The position numbers were made by a program, and so were the translations under genes. The notes beneath the pieces are model-generated. The model worked only from the letters and a program-made list of their open reading frames with translations, did not search any database and was not told the origin of the DNA. Below, piece by piece: positions 48,801-57,500 of a stretch of 64,000 bases of DNA; position 1 is the stretch's first letter, and every line of letters starts with the position of its first letter. Where the stretch lies: positions 29,636,001-29,700,000 of the forward strand of contig OZ249437.1 of NCBI GenBank assembly GCA_965235115.1, read 5' to 3'. The stretch comes from Laetmonice hystrix. Its lineage: Eukaryota.

Positions 48801-51331
48801 TTACAACAAATATTGCAAACTTGAGCCGTAAAGGACTTTTGCGCACCCCGAGGCATCTCACTGGCGCCCCCTATGAGAATTGTTTCGTTTCGCCTGGGCT
48901 AATAACGTGGGGACCAGGGCAAAGGTCGTGGGGAACGCCAAGATACAAGGCCCAAAGGTTCGTCACTGACAGACTGTGAGGTAGTTGTAAAGCTGGCCTG
49001 GTGTAGCAGCACACTCCCTACAATAACTCGGAACTGTGCCCACCGTGCAGACTTGGACTGTGCCATATTACGTCGGTGTAACGACTGAATTCCACAAGAA
49101 ATGAAGTGCACGCCTGTTATTGCAATCGGGACTGAGTCATTAATTTTCGAAGAAAGCCGCATTACAGTTCTGGTCCAGTCGGTAATAAACAGAGGAACTA
49201 CTAAACCATGTCGAATCGACAGGAGACGGCTGAATGAGTGCGAGACTCTATAGATCTGTAGATTAAAAACTTCTATTACTTCTACCAGTGATTGTACATG
49301 ACCTATGAGCACAACAGGATCACGAAAAAAATACTCCATTGGTAAAGTGGCCGATATATTGTGGACGAATGTTTTCACATAACTTATTATTTAGCCTCGA
49401 GGAAAAGAATTTTTTAAAGTGCAGTGCCTGACACAGGCATCCATAGATAAATATAATCATAAACTTGTAAGAGGTCGAACATTCTATCGCACACATTCGT
49501 GGGGAAAAGGCTAATTATTAATACTGGACCAATTCAATACTGCATTATTAAATGTGGTTTTTGTTGTAATCTTTGCTAGGTTTGCCCGATGGTCTCTGGA
49601 CAGCAGCAAGATTCGCATGCAGGATGTCCGCAACCTCTTCCGGTACTTCGCGTCTACACCACTCGGCCGCTCGGTGGCGCTTCAGTTCCTCCTAACCAAC
49701 TGGGAGGAGATCAACAGACGGTATATGTCAATCACTTGAAACGTTGTGCCATACGTCAATCTTTGTGATCACTTTGACATTAGAAAAACCAGATTATGAT
49801 CCTATAATCTGACATCTCCTTGCATGGACATCTATGTCCGACAGTATTTTCAAGATCTTAACATCAAGGAACATTTTCTTCAAATGTTCCTTTAATCTTA
49901 TCCGCTAGGGGGCGATAAAGGGCGGACGAGGAAGCAGTGAACCAAAATTATCAGTCTAGGATTGATCAAGCATAAAGTGCACGCATCGAAGGATCGATTC
50001 TAGGTCGGGTTCCTGAGCTTACGTCTAGACTGTAATGGAAAGACTTGTCACCTTTAGGTTCCTCCCGCTGTAAGCGGAAGGCTAGGGGGGAAAGGCGGGT
50101 AGAGGCCGCCATAGATTTGAATTGCAAGAGAGTCTTGTTCATTTGTGCATGGAAGGTTGTCAGCTGAAAACCTAACCTTTGTATATAAGCAACACGCCGT
50201 GCGCAACAAATTGTAGGTGTCTGTCACTGGAAGCTCAGACCAATGGCAGTTGTTGGGATCAAAGAAACCACGTGTCAATGACGTGTATGGGCCAGAGGAC
50301 GCCCGGGTCAGTGAGGGTTGTGACCCGAGCACGAGCATCCATAGTGCTCCTGACTGGCATTGTCAGAGCGTCTCCTGTGTACTGGCAGACGCTGTCAGAA
50401 CGCCTGTCAGTCAGGCCGCCTGCAGCCATTCAAACCCACTATAGGTCGGCGGCCTTCTTACATAAACTGCCAAGCCAATTCGTAACTGTCACACCTCGCA
50501 GTTTCCCCTCACAGGTTACGGTGTTTGCTTTCAGATTTGGCATGGATGCGTTCCTGCTACGAGACATTATATATGCAACTACATCATTAATAAATAGTGA
50601 TTATGAGTATAAGCAGGTAGGTTGATGCTGGTATCATTTTACCATACTGTAAAGAGAGAAGTATATGATAATCTTGCATGAGACAGTACGAGAGCATTTT
50701 GTATTCATGCAGGTAAAAACTTCAAAGACATGACTCTTAAAGAATCTTATACACTATGATCTCCGATTCCATTCCATTCTATGTGTAGATATCTTACAGT
50801 CTTTCTGTACTAATTAGAATCTTGCCATCCCAACGTGTAACCAAACACCAAAGCAATAGAAGAAGAAAACACCCCCATCCTTTCACCCACGTGCCGTCAA
50901 TAATCTTGTTTTGTACACCAACATTCCGCCTAGAACTTCTGCACTTGAAAGGGAGAACCTGCCATAATGTCCCCTGCTCAGTAAGAAACACTGATCAATA
51001 TCGAACCGTTTCCTTGCAGCTCGAACGGCTGTACAGAGAGAGCCCTCCAGCCGGTGTGGCCAGAAAAGCTGCCGACAATTCACTTGCTCTCATCCGGTAG
51101 GTTCGGCATCTCTCTCGAATTCTTAGGGCTAATAATTGGGGGGGGGGCACCCTCTGTCTTCTAAATTTGCTGGGGTATTAATTACACCAAATCTACATGT
51201 AATATTTCATGCAATACATGTATACACGTTCTTATTACAGCTCTAACATCAAATGGGTAAAACTGAACAACGAGACAATATCGACGTGGCTGCAGGAACA
51301 CGTGTTGGATCATGACATTGAGGAGGTCTAA
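756..51331 (+). CDS. M1-family zinc aminopeptidase (aminopeptidase N-like), 20 spliced coding exons, 5'-incomplete (first coding exon upstream of window)
   Basis: Manual splicing of 20 GT-AG exons (2248 nt) gives one frame of about 748 aa ending TAA at 51329-51331. Motifs: [39 protein letters not shown]18-[44 protein letters not shown]. Orthology within ANPEP/ENPEP/TRHDE-like cannot be fixed without a tree. Confidence 0.96.
988..1680. repeat. 46-bp minisatellite, 15 near-identical copies
   Basis: unit acatgtttattctagtttatcctttgatggatgtgacctgcacacg, period 46 from 988 to 1677. Confidence 0.97.
2224..2381. other. assembly gap (N run)
   Basis: 158 N. Confidence 1.
4305..4442. other. assembly gap (N run)
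   Basis: 138 N. Confidence 1.
14434..14656. other. assembly gap (N run)
   Basis: 223 N. Confidence 1.
16046..16309. repeat. 76-bp direct repeat, two copies 188 bp apart
   Basis: taattaaatatatgatt...cacctttac at 16046-16121 and 16234-16309, one mismatch. Confidence 0.9.
16643..16806 (+). CDS. exon 2 (164 nt, phase 1/0): [55 protein letters not shown]
   Basis: ttccttccag| and |gtaggt; ALSNMP and MSTYLLAF motifs. Confidence 0.95.
19153..19344. mobile_element. MITE-like element, 192 bp, perfect terminal inverted repeats, possible TA target duplication
   Basis: TAATACCGTTGACACACC (19153-19170) / GGTGTGTCAACGGTATTA (19327-19344); no coding capacity. Confidence 0.75.
20620..20690 (+). mobile_element. 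possible decayed Penelope-like retroelement RT C-terminal fragment
   Basis: [12 protein letters not shown] (20653-20688) recalls the [10 protein letters not shown] motif of invertebrate Penelope-like elements; nearby stops and frameshifts; recognition from memory only. Confidence 0.35.
22914..23034 (+). CDS. exon 3 (121 nt, 0/1): [40 protein letters not shown]
   Basis: ttaaccag| and |gtaagg; M1-like YALE..FFAKYF..PK. Confidence 0.93.
23488..23642 (+). CDS. exon 4 (155 nt, 1/0): [52 protein letters not shown]
   Basis: atttcag| and |gtaggt; GAMEN and HEXXH motifs. Confidence 0.97.
26645..26758 (+). CDS. exon 5 (114 nt, 0/0): [38 protein letters not shown]
   Basis: ttctag| and |gtaagt; third Zn ligand in WLNEGFA. 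Not in the ORF track (too short). Confidence 0.97.
26787..26946. mobile_element. MITE-like element with imperfect CAGG..CGGATCCAGG-type ends
   Basis: caggcacggatccagg versus reverse complement of cttagatccgtgtttg (12/16 match); no clear TSD. Confidence 0.45.
30069..30522 (+). repeat. 51-bp minisatellite: 8 full copies plus a ninth (5-nt deletion) that forms the real acceptor and start of exon 6
   Basis: unit caatgtgtgtctgacaatgtgattgcag|tacgatctacagttgatcaacaa starting at 30069, 30120 ... 30426, 30477. Confidence 0.97.
30500..30634 (+). CDS. exon 6 (135 nt, 0/0): [45 protein letters not shown]
   Basis: attgcag| (last copy of the 51-bp array) and |gtaaga; carries the catalytic Tyr motif FDSISY. 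Confidence 0.92.
30957..31022 (+). CDS. exon 7 (66 nt, 0/0): [22 protein letters not shown]
   Basis: ctttgcag| and |gtatt. Confidence 0.93.
31404..31469 (+). CDS. exon 8 (66 nt, 0/0): [22 protein letters not shown]
   Basis: ttatttag| and |gtaagc. Confidence 0.92.
32033..32202 (+). CDS. exon 9 (170 nt, 0/2): [56 protein letters not shown]
   Basis: tatttcag| and |gtaagc; [11 protein letters not shown] motif. Confidence 0.95.
33887..33966 (+). CDS. exon 10 (80 nt, 2/1): [26 protein letters not shown]
   Basis: gtttgcag| and |gtaagt; Y.W.IP motif. Confidence 0.92.
35194..35318 (+). CDS. exon 11 (125 nt, 1/0): [42 protein letters not shown]
   Basis: cccttccag| and |gtgagc; GFYRTNYD motif. Confidence 0.95.
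36313..36700. repeat. C-rich degenerate ~25-bp minisatellite with an internal 123-bp duplication
   Basis: unit cccgacccccaccctcgacccactg; block cactgcccaccctcaccctcactacc at 36418 and 36541. Confidence 0.9.
36736..37360. repeat. 62-bp minisatellite, 10 copies
   Basis: unit cagtcatcatctgaccagatgacatatttattgtgtgtcatgtctacaacactaaatattca. Confidence 0.97.
38091..38432 (-). mobile_element. possible decayed non-LTR (RTE-like) AP-endonuclease fragment
   Basis: [35 protein letters not shown] loosely fits the E.R..DI...SE.RW.G....G..V..SG pattern; the catalytic Glu is absent. Confidence 0.3.
40227..40282 (+). CDS. exon 12 (56 nt, 0/2): [19 protein letters not shown]
   Basis: tcccctag| and |gtgagt; NRA.LI.DAFNLA motif. 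Confidence 0.95.
41129..42084. repeat. 36-bp minisatellite (~26 copies, some 39-bp variants), stop-free in several frames on both strands
   Basis: unit cccagcacaaacaccacttccttgccatcaggagca; explains ORFs 40865..42076, 41115..42098, 41144..42142 and 41518..42168. Confidence 0.97.
42282..43192. repeat. 45-bp minisatellite, 19 copies, with four 12-bp insertions
   Basis: unit tacgtaatgctgtcatcgagacagcgaataggacagttagtgaat; ttaatgtttgaa inserted at 42388, 42535, 42817 and 42964. Confidence 0.97.
43204..43590 (+). mobile_element. non-autonomous Helentron/DINE-1-like (HINE-type) element
   Basis: 5' short inverted repeat gaaggggcg/cgccctcc, then a (tacg)n/(gtcc)n microsatellite at 43241-43308 and a core containing atgaaactttacaca, the layout typical of this class; 3' end approximate. 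Confidence 0.5.
45147..45294 (+). CDS. exon 13 (148 nt, 2/0): [49 protein letters not shown]
   Basis: gttgtag| and |gtacgt; LNLT.YL..E..FVPW motif. Confidence 0.93.
46023..46626. repeat. 101-bp minisatellite, 6 copies
   Basis: units start at 46023, 46124, 46227 (103-bp step), 46328, 46429 and 46530. Confidence 0.97.
46949..47022 (+). CDS. exon 14 (74 nt, 0/2): [25 protein letters not shown]
   Basis: cttcttttctag| and |gtatag; phases match both neighbours; KY..L..P pattern. Confidence 0.88.
47460..47564 (+). CDS. exon 15 (105 nt, 2/2): [35 protein letters not shown]
   Basis: pyrimidine tract, cttaag| and |gtaggt. Confidence 0.9.
48457..48624 (+). CDS. exon 16 (168 nt, 2/2): [56 protein letters not shown]
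   Basis: gtcaacag| and |gtaggt; GGEKEW motif. Confidence 0.94.
49580..49720 (+). CDS. exon 17 (141 nt, 2/2): [47 protein letters not shown]
   Basis: tttgctag| and |gtatat; IR.QD and NW..I motifs. Confidence 0.94.
50535..50616 (+). CDS. exon 18 (82 nt, 2/0): [27 protein letters not shown]
   Basis: gctttcag| and |gtaggt. Confidence 0.9.
51020..51096 (+). CDS. exon 19 (77 nt, 0/2): [26 protein letters not shown]
   Basis: tccttgcag| and |gtaggt. Confidence 0.87.
51241..51331 (+). CDS. exon 20, terminal (91 nt): [29 protein letters not shown]
   Basis: ttattacag| acceptor; NIKWV...WL C-terminal motif; TAA stop. Confidence 0.9.
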
Positions 51332-53262
51332 TCAACAACAGGCGTGGAAAACAAATCTTAACGAGGTTCACAGATGCGCTGTTGTAATATGACGTCATCG
51401 ATATTTGTGTTGGAGGTATCGCCTGCTGCTAAGCTACCCTCACTAGTGGGAATGAATTATCATCGGTGAATGATGACCCCCCCCCCTCCCCAAAAATGCA
51501 TTACTCACATTCCATCAGTATTTCAAAAGTGTGTTGGTTGACCCGGCATCCCTGAGCAAGGGATACAGAAATAGGATCGCATTGGGATCCTGAATTCACA
51601 GAGTTTCGCGTACACCTTTACCGGGTGTTCCCATATCACGTGCCCGACACGCGGGAATGTATTGGTGCCGTTATAATTAGTACTGCCAAGCGAACGGGAA
51701 CGTAACTATATAAGAAACTTGTCTCATGCCACTGGTGAAAAATACACCGGAAACAAACGTACCAAAACGGTGAGATACCGGGAGAAACAACGAGAACTTC
51801 TGCAGCACGGGATTTTATCCTCTAGGTCATTCAGGTAGACCAGTGGGAAGACGGCAGCTTTTAATCGGTACAAAGACCGATCTCCGTGCATATAATATAG
51901 ATATATATATATACCGTTATGTAATTATGCTTGTACCTGGTATACTGCAAGACCCGCAGGAAAAGAGCCAGGAGAATGCAGATACCAGCAGAGTGCTGAT
52001 GACATTTACATTCTTCCTTGGTTGCCGTTTAGATCAGACTTATCTTGATAGTTTATCGACGCGGATTCCTAGCTAGGGATGTGGGGTTATAGGGCAGAGT
52101 TGTCGTTTACCAAAACGCAGTGTGGATGTGATCTAGTCTTTTTTGCATTTGACTCGGTGCTCCTTAAAAGCATCTATTGTTTTTTCTGGTTAATGATATT
52201 GAAAGCCAAAAATAATGTATTTGTTTGAAGTGTTTGACAGCCAATGACATTATTGGACGATCTAGAGGGTCACCTCTTCCGTAGCATCTTGTAGTTGTCA
52301 TTATGTGAAAGGACATTTTGAAGAATGACTGAGGACGTCTTGCGTTTTGTCTTGTGAGCTCTACGCATGCGTGGTTGTGTGCAACGGCCATTTCCGTTTT
52401 CGGTGTATCGGTGTGACCCTGAGTGATTAGGAATGGATTCATCCTTGCTCAAGGTTTTTACCCTATAGGGCGCATTGAAAGTAAGTTAATGCGCGTCAGA
52501 TAGAATGCTGCTTTTCAGGATTTCTAACCAAAAAAAACAGAACTAGATTGGTTTAGAGTAGAGCTATACAAAGACGAGGACTGAGAACATTGTATTCATC
52601 TTCGCGGAACACCAACTAGACCAGCGGCGTGACAGTGTCCAATTGAGTTTTACTTGAAATGCAAGGTGGACGGGGTGTGCATGGAGTTGTGGACATTATA
52701 TTATTAGGATATCAGGAACTTGGACATACACGATGAGAAGATGTTAGGTGAGGAATTTATTGGCATAATGACGCCTCGTGTCAACACATGGTTGTACATG
52801 TTCATTATAATCATGTCAACACATGGTTGTACATGTTCATTATATTTCTATTTCTGCGTCTGTTTCCAACGTCTCCCATGTTGTCGGCCATGTAATAATG
52901 TAATGATATCTTTCCGTGGAGACAAATTCAAGGAGTTGTATACATTTTGAAGAGATTAACATTGCGAGGTATAGGTATGACGTGTTCGTATATAATGGTC
53001 GTATTGTTCGTGTGTATACACTATTGCACCATGTTGTAAATGTTGCCATTGTGCAAGTATACCCTAAACACGTTTTTTGTTTATATGTTAACGAGGCGGC
53101 TGTATGTACACATGGATTCGTTAAAATATATTTGTAACGTGTAAACATTATTCCGGTAGTTCTTCGTTATTTCAATACGCACAAGAATTCTTCACGTGCG
53201 GGCAGTCAAGGCTGCCTTTTTGTTACATGCCCGAACCGAAATTCCTCAATTTCAATAATTAT

Positions 53263-53268
53263 AATAAA
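53263..53268 (+). terminator. candidate polyadenylation signal of the aminopeptidase (3'UTR of about 1.9 kb)
   Basis: first AATAAA I could find after the stop codon; no transcript evidence. Confidence 0.3.
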
Positions 53269-53425
53269 GAGTAATTTACACAATGTAAATGGCCTACAGT
53301 GTTGACATTAGTTCAGATCGTCTCTGAGTTATATATATATTTACTTTTAGCACAAAGTGAACGATAGTATCTTCGTCCCTCTCTGTGAGACCTACGATAT
53401 AGAGTATACAAAGATGTGTAGTGAG

Positions 53426-53669
53426 CAGTGGCGGATTCAGGGGGCACCCCCCCCAAGCCCCCACCCACCCCACCCCGCTCTTCCAAACTCTTGCTTATTT
53501 TCTATGCTTCATGCATAAAAATAATGGAATTTCGTTTCGATTTGAGAGACATTTCTACTCTGTTCAGAAAACACGTCTCCAGCGTTCCTGAAAATAATTT
53601 CTCCCCACGAAAATTGGCCACCAATTATCCACTAAAAGGTACCCCCCCCCCCATCCTGGATCCACCACC
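53426..53669. mobile_element. MITE-like element with CAGTGGCGGATTCAGG-type ends
   Basis: cagtggcggattcagg versus reverse complement of cctggatccaccacca (12/16 match); C-rich subterminal tracts. Confidence 0.5.
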
Positions 53670-54049
53670 AAAGTGATTTGATAAATTTGTTAGGAGTGAA
53701 GGGACTGTAAATGGTGTCAGGTTTCCGATGACTATTTGAGACCCCCGGGCCTGACTTTGTATCCTTGAGTTCGAACGGGAAATGTGCTCACTTGTTGGTT
53801 AACAAAATCCAGTATTGCCGTTAGGTATAGTTCCATCGCCAATTGTCAAGCTAAGATAAAAGCTGATCATAAATGCGTGGTAGGCAGTAGGTATTCTTCC
53901 TGCACTTGGATGGAGTACCATCCACGCCGTGGCCTTTCATGCCCTTAGGTAATCTCGACGGCAGGTGCTTTTGACATCCCCCTACTCTGCCTGACACCGA
54001 CCCCTACAAGCTCATCGACCAAAAAGGGCGGTTCCTCTTCCAGCAGTAC

Positions 54050-54590
54050 AGTGGTCGTCTGCCTGGGGTTGAACATTGCTTCCCGTCACTGCGCCACTGC
54101 TGGCGGCTGCCGGATGGCCGGCCACAAACAGGACTCCACAGTCGCCATATATTAGGCGTTGTTCACACATGCTGCGGAAATTATGCAGTAAAGCATTGTT
54201 TTTAAAGACAATGTGCGACAATATCCGCTCGCTGTGAATGAGGCGGCATGACGGTTGGAACACATCAGTCGTGGCTGACATAGAGTCGGTGGCAGTGTTG
54301 GAAGGACTGGCAGCAGCCCGACGCAGGAGGGAAATTATGTATTTTTCGTGAGGAAATTGATGGTCCTGCATAGAGAGAGAGGCCAGGGGCGAGCCGTCAC
54401 CAAAGTCGATCACCGAACCACTGGCTCTGTTGCTAGTAGCCAACTATTAAGGTCAATGAATGCACATACTCAGAATGACCTCGTCACCAAGTCTGGCAGC
54501 AGTAGTTTCGAGAGCGCTGCATCGTCAAGAGGCGCTTTACGCTCATGTGACCAACAGCACTATCAAACAAACCATGCTGATTAAAGATAC
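54050..54590 (+). mobile_element. possible decayed RTE-clade LINE 3' end
   Basis: LRHCWRLPDGRP and EIDG / RERGQGRAVTK..D in shifting frames resemble GHV.RM.D.R.P and GKIEG.R.RGR; multiple stops. Confidence 0.3.
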
Positions 54591-57500
54591 CTAGGATGGA
54601 TTTCCTGTCGTGTAACGGGGATACCATTTCACCCGTAGAACGAGATGTGTTAAAGATGTGTTCTTTCTTCCGGGAAGAGTTCTAACGTGGCAGCACTCGC
54701 TGGAGTGTTAAATGTAGCGTGATAGGTGAAGTAGTAATATAGCTGAGCTCGGTGGCTGGGTATCACAGGGGATATAACACCAATCATTGCCGGCCTCACA
54801 ACACTGGGCTTTAAGGTACGTTTGGGTAATGTTTCTACGGAAATTGACCCTACTGGACCGGCCAAAAAAAAACTTTCGCTTGGCTGACGCTCACCGAGGG
54901 GAATTCGTAGAACTGACCCAGGCTTCGCTGAGATAAGGTATTTTAACCGGTTGGTAGAGACAATCTCAAAATATATTGACAACCTGGTTTTACCCGGATG
55001 TAGGTAGAGTTAGTGGTGTAATCTGATGGAATAATGGCATTTAAGGGGAAACTGAAGACGGAAGTACGCCGTCATTCATGAAGTGAAGTAAGAAACGGGC
55101 ATCATCTGGCAGCGATACTGAAGGAAACTCATTTCCCTGACCTTGTGCAGAATCGTTATAGCAAATGTCTTTCCGATTCCGACAAAGAAAACCATGAACC
55201 TGCGTGAAATAAGTTAAATACGAAATCCAAAATCAAACAGTTCAATTGGTTTTATTCACTATATAGTGAAACTACCACTTCGTCCGACACCTGGCCCAAG
55301 AATAGCATTCTACACATGTCTTACACTATAACCAATTCATAAAAAGGTTCCATAGGGGGAATAATCCTCTAATAGGTGAATGTCGGTCAATTTCTTGTGT
55401 GTAGTGGTGGAGGGGGGGGGGGGGTAATTATTATCAAACAAGAATCGTTCTTGTGTCTGACTCGCGTTCATTGTCACCACAGTAGTTTCTCCTATTGCCG
55501 ACAGATGGCGGGGTTGCCGTGCCTAACGCCGACAGGGAGTCAGGGAGGCGACAGTAGATCTATGGGTTTGAGGTGATGGTGGGGTGGGCACCGTGGGCTG
55601 ACTGCGGCTATACGCTGCTGGTGTGTGCCTGTAATCTGATTGAAAGGCAGAGTACTTTGAGACGGCGCCTTGTGATATAGGCATGAAAAAACATCATGCA
55701 ATTAAATATGGCCGCTCTGTCCTGATAAGGACATCGGATGTGAAACGGCTGAGGTGGAACGCGTGATCTCGTGAGTAGGCGCTAACCTCCCTTCTCAGAG
55801 TCAGTATCAAAATTAGGTCAAAAGGGGAGTATAGCGTTTTAACGCAACAATATCATTTCAAATAAGGCCAATAATTGTTTTGCTCTAAAATATATATATA
55901 TCTGGTACATACATTGTTAAAAGCTGTCGTATGGCCCCCGGGGCCCCCTTAACCATTAATAAATAACATGGCTGTACTGCATGGACAATAAAGACGTCGG
56001 CGTACATATAAAAACGCCGCTTTGCCGCTCATAGAAAGAACGCAATGAATAGGCTATGCTTCATAAATCGAGATATCTACAATTCAAAAGCGCGAATCGT
56101 GTCGGCGTAAGAATGAGAGGCGTGACGGTGTGCCTTGAATAGATCCGGTAGGTGGCCGAGCACCAGATGACGTCAACGCTAATGACGTAAACGCTGCCCA
56201 TGCGCGTTTTATGTCCGGCTGTGAGGGCATCAGACACGTAACGTAGCGTCCCTTTGAATTACCCGGCTCCTGAGGTTCCTTCCCCCTCACGTGTGATTTG
56301 TCACCCTCAGCACTATAGTCTTGTTAATTATTGCCCCTGTTTCGACATCATCCCTCCTCCATTTTTGCTGCTGGTTCAAATTGCAGCCCATGGATATTAT
56401 TGTACTGGATCGTCTGTAGTACAGTTTGTCAACAAATCCGCCCGTGTCTCTGATATTCCATTTGATAAATCAGAAAAATAAATCTGTCTGATGTTAAGCG
56501 ATAATACTAATCATAAATTAGAGACTGAAAGGGGTGGATTGGGTCAGAGTGAAATATTAAGTGCACAATGCGAGGGACCTCATCGTGCTGTGACATTTTA
56601 AAGCAATTTTAGGTATTAAAGTGCAGCATCCTCGGTCCTAAAGGTACATGCAATCCTAGACTTGAGTAGGCAATCGCTAACAAGCTTAACAGATTTCAAT
56701 ATTGGGATACACCCTTTTTACATTTTTCATTGGCAGTTCAAGGTAAACGTTAAAATTGCAGTGGATCAGGTGTTTGCCCTTCGTGGAGACAACATTTGGA
56801 GGTAATGTCAAATTGGACATGCAATCTATTTTTCTCCAACTGCACTGATTTTACTTTTACTGCATTCGCTCTTGGAAAGTATGCACCATTAAACACGGAA
56901 ATATATTCTGTTTTTGACGTAAATGATTTTTCAAAGAAAGGAATAATGTCACTTTTCCAAATATTGGTCTTATAATAAAAACATCAGAGTAAGGTAGGCC
57001 ATTAGGAAACCACCCTTTGCTTCTCCTTCCGTGTATCCTGTAGGCGACTGGAGTGTACGAAATTTGCACCCAAAAAAAACATCATAATCAGTATTGAATT
57101 CGTTTATATGTTGGAGACATTCAACATTTTATTTAACTTCCCTGTCAAGCTGATCGCTAATGGCATATATTTTGCTTCATTCAGTAAAAGTTCAATAGAT
57201 ATTAAGTACCGTCTTTGCTGATTTTTTCATACCTTTCAAACCTGCTGTTAGTCATTACACGTGCACATGGTATATTTCCGTACAGGAAAACAGTGACACT
57301 TTGTGTTGGGAGGGATGTATTAAGTTTCGGAACCCCTCAGACTGCGAGTCGTTGGAAATTCTACAGCGCAGACAATGAAAGTCATCCTCCATGGAATCTG
57401 GACTGCATGGGATGGCTGAGGGTGAGTCTGTAGGTGAATTGACAAGTTCTTGTAGTTAATGTCGGCATCACCTTTCGTACATTTATATTCAAAGAAGAAC

